From NCBI GenBank assembly GCA_951406725.2, contig OX597828.1, positions 12,400,001 to 12,464,000 on the forward strand: a DNA stretch of 64,000 nt, written 5' to 3'. Of this stretch, positions 26,785-38,897 are shown in pieces (within the stretch, counting starts at the first letter, position 1; each line of letters starts with the position of its first letter). The position numbers were made by a program, and so were the translations under genes. Origin of the DNA: Octopus vulgaris. Taxonomy: Eukaryota. The notes beneath the pieces were generated by a model. The model was not told where the DNA came from and ran no database searches. It saw nothing but the letters and a program-made list of their open reading frames with translations.

Positions 26785-27261
26785 AATTAATTGTTATCGC
26801 CATATTAATATGGCATTCTTATAGATATAAGAATAATTGCTGCCGCTGGTCAGCTCCATGAGGCCACCGCCTTAAGATAGCTATTGATACACGATCTGTA
26901 TCCATTATAACCTTCGAACAAGGGAGGTCAGCCGCTTCACACTGCCAGTCCGACAGCTACAGACGCGTTTCGGGGTATTGCCCCTTGTTAATGTAGCGCA
27001 GTCGGACCCCGCAGGTGTCGCCACTGACGACTCTGTTCGAAGGCTTATATTTACCTAGTTTCAGTGGAATACATCCACTTGTTTTCAATAATAGAAATAT
27101 TAAAATTACTAAGTCTCTATAAAAGAGATTACGACAGCGTTTACTGGAAATTAATTGTTATCGCCATATTAATATGGCATTCTTATAGATATAAGAATAA
27201 TCGCTGCCGCTGGTCAGCTCCATGAGGCCACCGCCTTAAAATAGCTATTGATACACGATCT
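26784..27261 (-). mobile_element. Non-coding element with 114-bp terminal direct repeats and a decayed hammerhead (retrozyme or Penelope pseudo-LTR-like)
   Basis: 26784-26897 and 27148-27261 are 112/114 identical (period 364). A hammerhead fold lies at 26948-27007 on the - strand. TA-rich flanks. Confidence 0.75.
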
Positions 27262-27464
27262 TCAATATATGTACAAATACTGTGTATATATATATATTCA
27301 TACTTACGTATGCGTACATATATATGTATTTATACTTATATATTCGTAAATATATATGTATTTATACTTATACGTATATATATATATATACATATATACA
27401 CACACACACATAAATATATATTTATACTTATATAAGCGAATATATATATAAATTTATACTTATA

Positions 27465-28520
27465 TTTATCCAGGTACCGTTTGAAAGTTGTGGAGTGTTT
27501 TTCTACTTAAATTTCTTTCGAGATAACATTGAAAAGAGCAGAGCCGTATGCAATGAAGAAATTGTGACGCAATGTTCTTATGTGATGTGATCTCGACCAA
27601 TTTAGGGGACGCATTGCACGGGGGACCTAGTCTTGAGTGAATTGTAAACAGAATATCAATATTATTTGGATAATATTGGTGGAATACTTTCCATATGGTG
27701 CAAATAATGTATCGCTCACGGCGGCACTGCAGAGAATAGTTTCAGTTGTTTAAGTCGAGCCCAAAAATCAAGTGGCGATTTGATCCTCATTATGCCTTGT
27801 GTTTATAGGGTCCACAATGGGCAGCAGTATTTGAGGTGGGGCCTTGCGAATGTGGAAAAGGATGATGGTTTCATGATCCCCAGATTGAAAAGTTCTGAGG
27901 AGTTAGTGATTTATGCCAAATTTTTGGATGCTGAAGATTGAGGTTACAGAGTACTATAGTTATGGTTGGATGTTATGGATAGTGTTAGTATGGTTGCTTA
28001 GCACTACATCCAAGACATGTTGATTGGTTCATGGACGAGTTGTGACAGGAAAAAAAATCATCCATAAATTTGAAAAGTAACTCCACTACTTCTTTGTTTA
28101 AGCTTGAAGTGAAGGTTCTAATAATATTAGTGGACCAATCTACAGAGGGTAGGATGAAGTCGCCCGTCATCAGAATATTTCCTGGGTTAAATTGCAGGAG
28201 GAAAGATTTGATCTTCTCGATGCACTCTTGGAAATAGTGTAAGGGTACTTGTGGGGGTCTGTAGAGCCCAGTGACAGACAGGTCTTTACCTTTGTTGTGT
28301 ACAGAGGCTGATTCGCAGTAGCCTTTGGAGAAAAGACCCTTGGCATCTGCACTGAAAGAATCATGGAGGAAAACAACAACTATACGCTTTCTTTGGCCTG
28401 CCCAATCAGCGTGAATGGCAGAGATGTCTATGATTTTCAGTTCAGCCTCTGAATGACGGTCGTTTAGGTGGGTGTCAGTTAGGACAAGGAAAGGGATTGG
28501 CTGTCAGTATACTGCAATCC
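27465..28520 (-). mobile_element. Internally deleted CR1/L2-group LINE relic (APE endonuclease plus RT C-terminus)
   Basis: Minus strand gives APE motifs GLYRPP, MTGDFILPSVDW and VLDVVLSN (about 28300-27990), then the post-RT motifs RRERYIICTIWK (about 27720) and LRHNFFIAYGSALFN...TTFKRYLDK (about 27570-27465). Confidence 0.8.
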
Positions 28521-29322
28521 ATCCCTAAATGTAGGATATTTTACATTTTTGAGCTTTGATGGCTGGGTTGATACCTTGGGCATTAAGGAGGATTGTAGTT
28601 GTTAAGGCAGCAGCTTCGTTGCGTTTCTTCAGGATCCACACATCATGTTTGTTGTTGTTGCTGCTTTTCATCCTTTCGGGCTCGATAAAATAAGTAGCAG
28701 TGGAGTGCTGAGGTCGATGTAATCGACTTATCCTTCTCCCAAAATACCCACACACACAAATACACACTCAGAAACTATTCTCTTCTACCAAAATTTTAAC
28801 CCATTGTTTAGTTTATTCTTATAGCGGAGAGCTGGCAGAATCATTAGCACGCTGGACAAAATGCTTATCGGTATACCACAAGTTTTTAGATTGTGAGTTC
28901 CAAGTCCACCAAGGTCGACTTTGCCTTTGATCCTTTCGGTATCGATTAAGAAATTATCAGTCCAACACTGGGATCAATATAATTGATTATCCCCGCCATC
29001 AAAATTTTTCAGGCCTTGTGCGTATAGTAGAAATGAATATTTAATTTCCTCTTTCCCTGATCTGACATCAAATCTGCCTTGTGCTAAATCGCTTTTCTTC
29101 TAATCAGTGCTGGTAAAATAAGCATCATTAATATAATGTTGTCAGTTCACTTGTCTACGTTCTTCCTCTGTATGTTGTAACCTTGTGTTAGTAAATGAGT
29201 GTATTTACTTTTGACATCTAACGTTTAGAGGCTAAATTTGTTGTGAAAGCCTTTGTATTTCAAATTCCCTGGTTCGATACAATTGTTACCAGTAATCTTT
29301 TATAAATATTTCAATATAAAAA

Positions 29323-29494
29323 GCGCAGGAGTTGCTGTGTGGTAAGTAGCTTGCTTACCAACCACATGGTTCCGAGTTCGGTTCCACTACGTGACACCTT
29401 GGGCAAGTGTCTTCTACTATAGCCTCGGGCCGACCAAAGCCTTGTGAGTGGAATTGGTAGACGGAAACTGAAAGAAGCCCGTCGTATATATGTG

Positions 29495-29525
<31 letters not shown>

Positions 29526-29750
29526 GTATGTGTGTGTGTCTCTATGTTTGTCTCCCCAACATCGCTTGGCAACCGATGCTGGTGTGTTTAAGTACCCTGT
29601 AACTTAGTGGTTCGACAAAAGAGACCGATAGAATAAGTACTAGGCTTACAAAGAATAAGTCCTGGGGTCGATTTGCTCGACTAAAGGCGCTGCTCCAGCA
29701 TGGCCTCAGTCAAATGCCTGTAACAAATAAAAGAATAAAGAGTAAAAGAG
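29323..29750 (+). mobile_element. SINE family A copy
   Basis: Full-length, close to consensus, (gagtaaaa)-type tail. Confidence 0.9.
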
Positions 29751-30991
29751 TATATCTCTGTTTTCAAGCGCGACGAGCTGGCAGAATTTTTAGCACGAAG
29801 GGAAAAAAAAACTTTTCGTCCGTCTTTCCAATCTGAGTTCAAATGCGATGGGGAGGGACTTCGCTTTTAACTCTTTTGGGGTCGATAAAATAAGTACCAT
29901 TTAAACACTGGAGTTGATCAAATCGACTCACCCTACCACCCCAAAATTACTGGCCTTGTGCAAAAATTTAAAACTAATATATTAATCTTTAATATGAATT
30001 TTGAAATCATTATTTAATTGTTTATTTACTTTTCATTTCATGTCTTTTAATAGTAACATCTCAGAATTTCAACCATTTTCCTTCATGAAAGAATCTTTAC
30101 TATTCACAATATTCTTCACCATGTTCTAAGGCGTGGTCCAGAAGTTCTTTCTGTATCATGTCCTATATAATATCTGTACCGTTTAAGCTTGTTCAAATAA
30201 CATCAATAATTAAAATACTTCAAGCAAGAATATTATTCTCCATTTTTTTTGCCAAAGAAATCTGTCTAAATTGGTATTTTCACGGTGTCTTCGGTTTTTA
30301 ATCTGGTTAAAGTATCAACAAATTGAATAATTAATTCCAAATTTAATTAATTTTATTTCTCAAGGGACAAAATATTCAGTTCTAATTAATTTTTTTTTCC
30401 TGGTGAGAGAGAAAAATTTTACTAAACAGCTAAAATTTTACTCTAATCAGTTCGATATGTTTAAAATTAGGTTCTTATGTTATTTTTCAAATTAACTTAT
30501 GTAATTATTTGCTAAATGATCAATCTAATTACGTATGGAATTAATTTAATTTATCGGAGGACAGAATTATTAGAGAGCAATAACGTCTATACTTTGTCTA
30601 CTTTTCGTTCCAGCCTTTAGTCATTAATCTCCAGTCATTAATCTCCATTCGATCGTATATTTCTATCCAAAGCTATTATTTAATATAAAGCAATTTCCAT
30701 ATTCAAATATTGCAATAAAATGATTCATTTATATGCATACGTCTGTGTGTATCTGTGTTTAGCATATGTAGCTATCTCACTACTACAGTTTCGTGCAACA
30801 GTCCAGGAATTTGGACGCCATCATCTTCGACTGACATCTATAGTAATCGGAGAAGTCAAACAAATGATGGCCGTGTCTTTCGCTTTCCAATCTGCCAGTG
30901 CAGAAGACTTAGGTGTCTAAATTGCTAGCCAATAGCATGGAAGTTACTATATGCGCATTACAAACACACACGTGTATGTATATATATATAT

Positions 30992-31569
30992 ATATTGAGG
31001 AAAACGAGGTCACCAGGATTTGGGGAAAAAGTTTATTCATTATTATCAGCGCTTTCGTTCGTTTTTCGAACTTGTCTAATAAGATTGTGAAAGTGCAAAC
31101 AGGTTGTTCATTTATGTAAAACATGTTTTTTGTTTTGTTTAGAAGAGAACAGTGTCTTGCTTTGGGGGTGGATGAGGTTTCTAGGACAATGGAGATAGAT
31201 AGAGAGAGAGTGACATGTATTTACCGTTTATTTATTTATTTAATCATTTACCATTGTATTGATATGGGTTCAAGGATGAATGGTGAATATAGTCAAGTGG
31301 AAGGGAGTCCTTCCCTCTCCCTACCAATCTATGTGTGTATTTATATGTCTATCTATCTCCAAGGTCCTGGAACATCACCCCCAAAAAACAAAACAAAACC
31401 AATGTTCTCTTCTAAACAAAACACAAAAAAAACATCTGTTTTATATAAATGAACAACCTGTTTGCACCTTCACAAACTTATTTCACAAGTTCGAAAAACG
31501 AACGAAAGCGCTAATAATAATGAATAAATTTTTTTATTTATTCTGTCGACCTCCTTTTTTCTCGATATA
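30992..31569. mobile_element. Foldback/MITE with about 210-bp inverted arms
   Basis: 30992-31203 is the imperfect reverse complement of about 31347-31569 (e.g. gcgctttcgttcgtttttcgaacttg / caagttcgaaaaacgaacgaaagcgc and gtgcaaacaggttgttcattta / taaatgaacaacctgtttgcac). Confidence 0.85.
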
Positions 31570-31594
31570 CAATATCTGTACACCACTCCTGACA

Positions 31595-31680
<86 letters not shown>

Positions 31681-31739
31681 GTGTATAACTTATCCTCTTT
31701 CACTCATCTTGTGAGTATTGTGTACGTATATATATATAT

Positions 31740-31787
<48 letters not shown>

Positions 31788-31857
31788 TAAGTGAGTGTGA
31801 CAAGGAGATTGCACGGTTTAGTTTTATGAAAATTCATGCGATGTTATCTTCAATTAG

Positions 31858-32225
31858 GTACCGACATCAACCGAGCTGTCGTTGAAGGTGCTAAGATGAT
31901 GAAGACAGTCGACAACACAACAGCTGATGGCAGAGCCAGAGTTATCCTTTTTCTCACTGATGGTAGTGCAACATTTGGGGAATCCAGCCGAAATGTGATA
32001 TTAAATAATCTTCATAAAGAAAATCTAACAAAAACACCAATATTTTCTCTTTCATTTGGAGCTGACGCCGACATGAAATTGTTACAAAGAATTTCTTTAC
32101 AGAATTCAGGTGAAGTTAAACGGATCTACGAGTCAAATGATTCTGCACTTCAGCTAAAGAAGTTTTATGATCAAATATCTTCAACGTTAATGACAGATAT
32201 GAAAGTGAAATACATTCCAAAGGAA
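31858..32225 (+). CDS. ITIH-like protein, exon C (C-terminal half of vWA domain)
   Basis: Acceptor ttAG (31856-57), phase 1 matching exon B. Encodes (S)TDINRAVVEG...VILFLTDGSATFGE...PIFSLSFGADADMKLLQRISLQNSGEVKRIYESNDSALQLKKFYDQISSTLMTDMKVKYIPKE, with typical ITIH motifs FLTDG, FSL.FG, RIYE..D..LQL..FY. Donor GTGAGT at 32226, phase 0. Confidence 0.93.
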
Positions 32226-32284
32226 GTGAGTCCTAGTTTATTTGTTTTGCTGTGTACGTGTGTCTATAGCCTTTTATTTTGTTA

Positions 32285-32735
32285 TTTGTTTTTACTTGAT
32301 TCAGTCATTAGACTGCGGCCATGCTGGGGCACTGCCTTGTGGAATTTTAGTCGAATGAATCGACCCTAGAACATTTTTTTTTCTTTTTAAGCCTGGTACT
32401 TATTTTGTCGGTCTCTTTTTGTCAAGGAGAGAAACAAGTAGAGAAAAAAATGCGTGTAGTAGCTAACGATCTATCATGGCGTCTAACTTCGGACAGAATG
32501 GTCAGACGCGAGAGGGACAGTAGGGGAGATAACAGAGTCAAGTGACTTCCAATACGAATATATATATGTGCAACGGGCTTTTTTCAGTTTCCGTCTACCA
32601 AATCCACTCACAAGGCTTTGGTCGGCCCAAGGTTACAGTAGAAGACACTTGCCCAAGGTGCCACGCAGTGGGACAGAATACAGTGCCATGTGGTTTGGGA
32701 GGCAAACTTCTTAATACACCACCACGCCTGCGCCT
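32285..32735 (-). mobile_element. SINE family A copy with its middle replaced by a foreign fragment
   Basis: Family A 3' part at 32285-32420 and 5' part at 32570-32735, separated by unrelated sequence. Confidence 0.8.
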
Positions 32736-35321
32736 ATTTTATTTATTTACGTTTTGCTCTACTTAAATAAATAAAATGTCGTTTTATAATCCGAAGCTTC
32801 CTAAGTGATCTCATTAGGATGCTTTTATAGACCTGTCAGAGAAGTTAAAGTGAGCAAACACCCAGTTGAACACAATTGGAATGTAATTAAATAAATTCTA
32901 ACACAAGCACTCAGTCGTGAAGTTTACTACTTTTGTGGGAAATAAATGTCAAATTGTAACAGTCACATGATTTTTACTGAGAGCCTTCAAGTGTAGTGTA
33001 TCTGGAGCAATTCCAGATTGTTATCAAATAGCAAACCCGATTAGATGAGAACCTATTTCCATCCAACGTGGAACCCATCACCGTATTGTGTAGCATTGGT
33101 ATTTATTAACGGAAGGAAATGTCTGTGATAGATTTGCCCTATATTAAGTTAAGGAACGTCATAAACCTATTTCTTTGCTTCTAATGTAACAAGATGTCGG
33201 CAATTCCCGACATATCTTTTAAATATTAATTTTTTCTTTTCAAATTTTGCAGTTTGTTAATATCCTCATTTTGAGGAATGGAGGAATGTTCCACTTGGAG
33301 ATAAGATCTATAGTGTTTCTGCGTTCTAAATGAGTCGTGGCTTTGTGGTAAGAAGCTTGATTCCCAACCACATGGTTCGTTACAATTGCACTCTTCGATG
33401 TTTGCAAGTCGATATAGATACGAGCCTAAAATTTTTAAATGAGAGTCACAAGCTACCGTTTTCGATGCTGACGTCTCGTATGTTATCATCTCCAGCCTCA
33501 TCATTATCACGTATATCATTGTCTTGTGCATCGGCGTCTTGTGCATTGCACGTAAACGTTAACTACAGTCGAATTAATAAACACAAATAGCAGTCAAATC
33601 TCTATTAAATAACACCATAGTTACCATTTGAAAAGCGAGGCGGAGAAATAGTGGATAGTTTTAATAACAATACGTGACAGTCATAGCTAGAGTGCCGCTG
33701 AATGCAGATTTGCTCAATCAGAGCTGACTTCAGATAAATAACAACAGCCTATTTTCGACTAAACGAAATGTTAAAGTGCTGTTCGTAACCAATAAAAAAT
33801 TGTTAATGGTTCAGTCACCTTGCTGGAACACTACGGTCTGGACTGTCTATGGCATCAAAATGGACAAAACATAGGGAGAACTCATTTCTATGGTAATTCT
33901 CTTTACAATATTCATCATTCCAGATAACAAATGCAAACAGCTGTAGTTATCAATGTTATATTACAATCGTAGTTACATGGAACCAATGACAAAAAATAAT
34001 GACTTACTTTATATACAGAGTTTAATGAGTGTATGATATTTCGGGCAAGAATACCTTTTTCAAATAGAAAACAATAATCAAGAAGTTCGAAGAAATGTGT
34101 TGTTACCAGTTGGCTATTCTAGGGCATCGTTCACAACGTTACTCTACTATAAATGAAATACGTGTAGGAGTTTCAAGATAACATATATCTACATATTTTG
34201 TTGTTTATTTTGATTTTTTATATTTTGATTTTTTTCTTAATATTGCGGTTAGTAGAACAAGAACTAGATAAGTATTGAATCGATTTGGTCAATTGTACAC
34301 TTTTATTCTTTAATTCTTTTATTCTTTAATTCTTTTATTCGATTCCGTTTTTGAACGACGGCCAAGTTTCGACACTGCTTTGAAGGGTTTAGTCGAACAA
34401 ATCAACTCAAACCCTTATTCTGTTTAGATTTCGTATTAACTGAATCGATTTCTTTTGTCGACCTGCTAAGTTTGAGAGTGGGCGTAACAAACCAATCTCA
34501 GTTGTCAAACACAAAGAGACTCACACACACACATACATACAGGAGTATGTGCATGTGTGTGTATGACGGGCTGCTATACAATTTTTATCAACCAAATTCA
34601 CATACAACTCATTGGTAGATCTACAGCTATTGTACAAGGCACTTTGAGAAGGTGCTGCGCAGTAGGACTAGATCCAAAGCCTTGAGATTGCGAAGCAAAA
34701 TTATCATCCACTCGAACATAAATAAAATTTTTATCGTGATCTTGTATCGTTATTCAATTTTATAATTCATGATGAGACTCTGCAAGTAGTTTAATAAAAA
34801 AAAACTAGCCATACTTTTTATTAGAAATGCCAAAGAAATTTGTATGTGTGGGAAATAAATTGTAAATACGTGGAGATAGATATTTTCTTAGCCAGACTAA
34901 TTGATATAATATTGATTGACCGGGGCGAAGGATGGAAGTTTGGTTTCTCATCAATAACCCTGTTTTGTTTCTTTCTCTAAATAGTTAAATGTATCTGTCT
35001 CGCTAACTTCGAAAACACATAATCACAACGAAGTATCTTTCACCGCTATAAGCTGTATCATTGTTATATACTGGGAAACTATTTCTTTAACTTGTGGTGT
35101 TTAGATTATATCCTTCTTTGAAACTATATGAGAAAAGTGGGGGGGGGGGAGTTCCGTGTACATCTCTTTGAAACTTGCACTATATATGAGCCAACGTAGG
35201 AGCCTCTAGCTAGTCGTTCGACTCGCTAGTAATAACAGTCAAGTCTTCTCCCGCAAATATACCTTACTATCTTAAGTAAAAAGGTGCATTAACATTTTGA
35301 TTTTTAACAAATATTAAATAT

Positions 35322-35737
35322 AGGCGTAGGAATGGCTGTGTGGTAAGTAGCTTGCTTATCAACCACATGGTTGCGTGACACCTTGGGCAAGTGTCTTCTA
35401 CTATAGACTCGGGCCGACCAAAGCCTTGTGAGTGGATTTGGTAGACGGAAACTGAAAGAATCCTGTCGTATATATATATCTGTGTGTGTGTGTGTGTGTG
35501 TGTGTCTGTGTATCTGTTTATGTGTCTGTGTTGTCTCCCCCCCCCCCCCACCAACATCGCTTGACAACTGATGCTGGTGTGGTTACGTCCCCGTAAATTA
35601 GCGGTTCGGCAAAAGAGAGACCGATAGAATAAGTACAATGTTTACAAAGAATAAGTCCTGGGGTCGATTTGCTCGACTAAAGGCAGTGCTCCAGCATGGC
35701 CACAGTCAAATGACTGAAACAAGTAAAAGAGTAAAGG
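35322..35737 (+). mobile_element. SINE family A copy
   Basis: Full-length apart from a short deletion in the head. Confidence 0.88.
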
Positions 35738-36312
35738 ACTATCATTTATATTTTAATACCAATTTAGTGACGTGTGTTACTCAACACTCAAACCTTTGAT
35801 TATTTTATGTATATGTCCACTATACCCTGTGGGGATCACGGCCAGAGCACATTTAATGAAAAGTTTGCTCGAGAAGGATTGACCTGGGGCTAAACCACTA
35901 TGACCATCAGACTTCATGAATATCATGTATTCAATAATGATCTAACGACCCAGTAAATTACGGGCCATTAATTTTCATTAGAGGAAGAAGTTTCGATGAT
36001 TATCAACTTCCCTTTAAAATGATTTATTTTGATGTCGCTGCTTTCTTAGCAAGTTCAATAAATGAATGCATGTTGCGGCATCATACATTCTCTGTAACTC
36101 TCTCTATATCTCTCTCTATCTCTCTCTATCTATCTATCTATCTATCCCTTTCTTTGAAAGGAATAACATTTCAAATTCATGGAAATTAACAAGGGCATAA
36201 ATGTGTACAACATGATCATTAACTGGTTTAATTTCTTTCTGCCAAACATGCAACTTATATCCAATTTACATTTACCGGAAAATTAACTACTATTTATACA
36301 CTTGACTTTCAG

Positions 36313-36657
36313 GTCGATAATGGATCGATAACGAACAGCGAATTCAACCAATATTTCAACGGTACTGAAACAATAGTAGCTGGGAAATTATCAGACAGTT
36401 ACGTTAAACCAACTTCGTGGAATCTTGTCGCTAGAACAAGCACTGGAATGATAAAACGCTCAAAGAAATTTAAAACAATTCGCTTAGATAAGTCTAAAAA
36501 GAAGTTCGGTTTTCTGACAGATAATGAAGTCGAAAACATACCCGAAAATCTTTGGGCTTATCTAAATATTAAACAAACTATAGATAAATTGACAATTACT
36601 ACTAATGAAAAGGAGAAAGGAAAATTATCGAAACAACTTTTGGATCTTTCTCTGAAG
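36313..36657 (+). CDS. ITIH-like protein, exon D (post-vWA region)
   Basis: Acceptor tttcAG (36311-12), phase 0. Encodes VDNGSITNSEFNQYFNGTETIVAGKL...IPENLWAYLNIKQTIDKL...KQLLDLSLK, matching the ITIH pattern 'F..YF.GSEIVVAGKL...ERLWAYLTI.Q.L...L.LSLK'. Donor GTAAGT at 36658. Confidence 0.92.
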
Positions 36658-37358
36658 GTAAGTGTAATTGATCGTTCTGGCAGATAACATAATTTTCTTT
36701 TAATTATAGTTTTATATTTTGGCACGGGGGAGAGTCTAAGTCGATCACATCGATCCTAGTGCTCAACTGGTACTTATGTTATGCAAAGATGACCTCGGTG
36801 GAATTTGAACTCAGAATGTAAAGACAGACGAAATGCCGCTGAGCATTTTACCCAGTACCATAACGATTGTGCCAACTCGCCACCTTTAATTTTTTTTTTA
36901 ATTATTGAAACTTACTCAAGTTCTACTTAAGTGAGTGAGCATAGCTGTTGCTTGAAATATTTCGTTTCATTTAAGTATGCCCTAAGCTTTTCAAAATATG
37001 TTGCGAGCGGCAAATGATTTAGTTCAGATAACATTGCATTAATCTAATTAGATAGATTGGTACACCTGAAACTGTAAAGGCTTAGGAAAATAAATACCGT
37101 AAACCTGAGAAAGATAGCTTCAGTCCATTTCCTAGGAGATGAATAACATGGCGTTCACCTGATACCCATAGACTATCATGAAATTAGAAATCACCAAGAT
37201 AGGAAGAAGTTAATTCAGTTGGAATAAACATGATGTTTGTAGTGTGATAGAATGAAGGAATTCCATACGATTTTATGAGAGTTTATCTCGAACTAAAACC
37301 ACAGACATTAGATTAGATTGGTGTAGTATAGTAAGAAATTTAAAGGAGGAATTTTGGC

Positions 37359-37626
37359 TGAATCCAGTTCCCTTCATTCACGAGACTTTTTGCCGTTCAG
37401 AAAGGGATGAACGTCACGTAATCACGTGAATCCAGTTCCCTTCATTTACGTGACTTTTTGTCGTTCAGAAAGGGATGAACGTCACGTAATCACGTGAATC
37501 CAGTTCCCTTCATTTACGTGACTTTTTGCTGTTCAGAAAGGGATGAACGTCACGTAATCACGTGAATCCAGTTCCCTTCATTTACGTGACTTTTTGCCGT
37601 TCAGAAAGCGATGAACGTCACGTGAT
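37359..37626. repeat. 68-bp tandem repeat, about 4 copies
   Basis: Unit tgaatccagttcccttcatttacgtgactttttgccgttcagaaagggatgaacgtcacgtaatcacg, starting at 37359, 37427, 37495 and 37563. Confidence 0.95.
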
Positions 37627-38667
37627 TACATCGCCTCTTCAATAAAACTGTCGCCTCATACTCAAGCACAACATCAGTAAGAAGCACTCTTTGATATTAT
37701 AGGTTGGTATGTCGGCCAAATATTTGAAAGGAGAAAGTTGAGAGAATATCTAGAAGGAGTCGACCCTGAGAATAATGACCTAAACGTAATGACTGATACG
37801 GTGTCCACTGTTAGAAACATTGGAAAGGCTACGATAAGAACTACAGATATGTTTAAACCGAAGTAGAACACAACGATTACATTCTAAAGAGCTGAAGCTG
37901 TTCTAGAAGCATCAGTAGCCGAGACTTATCTCACTATGATGAAGGGAGAAAAGTTCACATCTTTTTAAAGCGATAAATTTCAATCAAGTTTTTTTTTTCC
38001 CGGAAGCCATGATAATATATTTAGGAAAGTGCAGATCAATGACATAGAAACAATGTTCTGTAGTGTGATGTTTCAGTAGAATGTGAACTTTGCACACACA
38101 TATCAAAAATCATTGAACTCTTAGCGGAAAGGATGGATTATATCTCCTTCGTGGAGTTTTAGCGATTCTAACAAACATATATATGAGTTTTAAAGATTGT
38201 GTCTCCTATATCTGCTTTGATGGGATTTCTGTGTTTAGGCAGGGTTTCAAGAAGTCGATATGTAGTGTATCTTTGCGTTATATCATCGTAAAAAAAGCGA
38301 CCAGAAAAGCGTCAGGGAAAGAGAGATCTGGGTGGCTTCGATTAGAGAAGTGCTTAACAGAGGTTGTTAATAATGATATTGAATATAACTAAATGAAGTG
38401 GAGGTAGTATCTCATCTGCAAAGTAATATATAGATTTAGTGATGCTTGACAATTTATTAATGTAATCGAAAGGGAAATCTGAGACAGAAGATTCGTTGGG
38501 ATTCTAGAATGTATGAACAGGAAAAAGAGAGAGAGAGAGAAAGAAAGAGAGAGATTTTCGAACGATTAGATAGGATATGGTTTAAGAGGAACGGATGTGA
38601 TTCAAATTGATTAGTTCATAGCATAACCTGTAAATTAGGAATTTGAGGTAGATACTATGCTTTGTGA

Positions 38668-38846
38668 AGTAGGAGTGGCTGTGTGGTAAGTAGCTTGCTT
38701 ACCAACCACATGGTTCTGGGTTCACTCCCACTCCGTGACACCTTGGGCAAGTGTCCTCTACTATAGCCTCGGGCCGACCAAACCCTTGTGAGTGGATTTG
38801 GTAGGCGGAAACTGAAAGAAGCCCGTCGTATGTATATATATATATT

Positions 38847-38897
<51 letters not shown>

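Noticed and set aside
37359-37626. Possible CRISPR array
   Set aside because: Units are contiguous near-identical 68-mers without unique spacers, there are no cas genes, and the context is eukaryotic.
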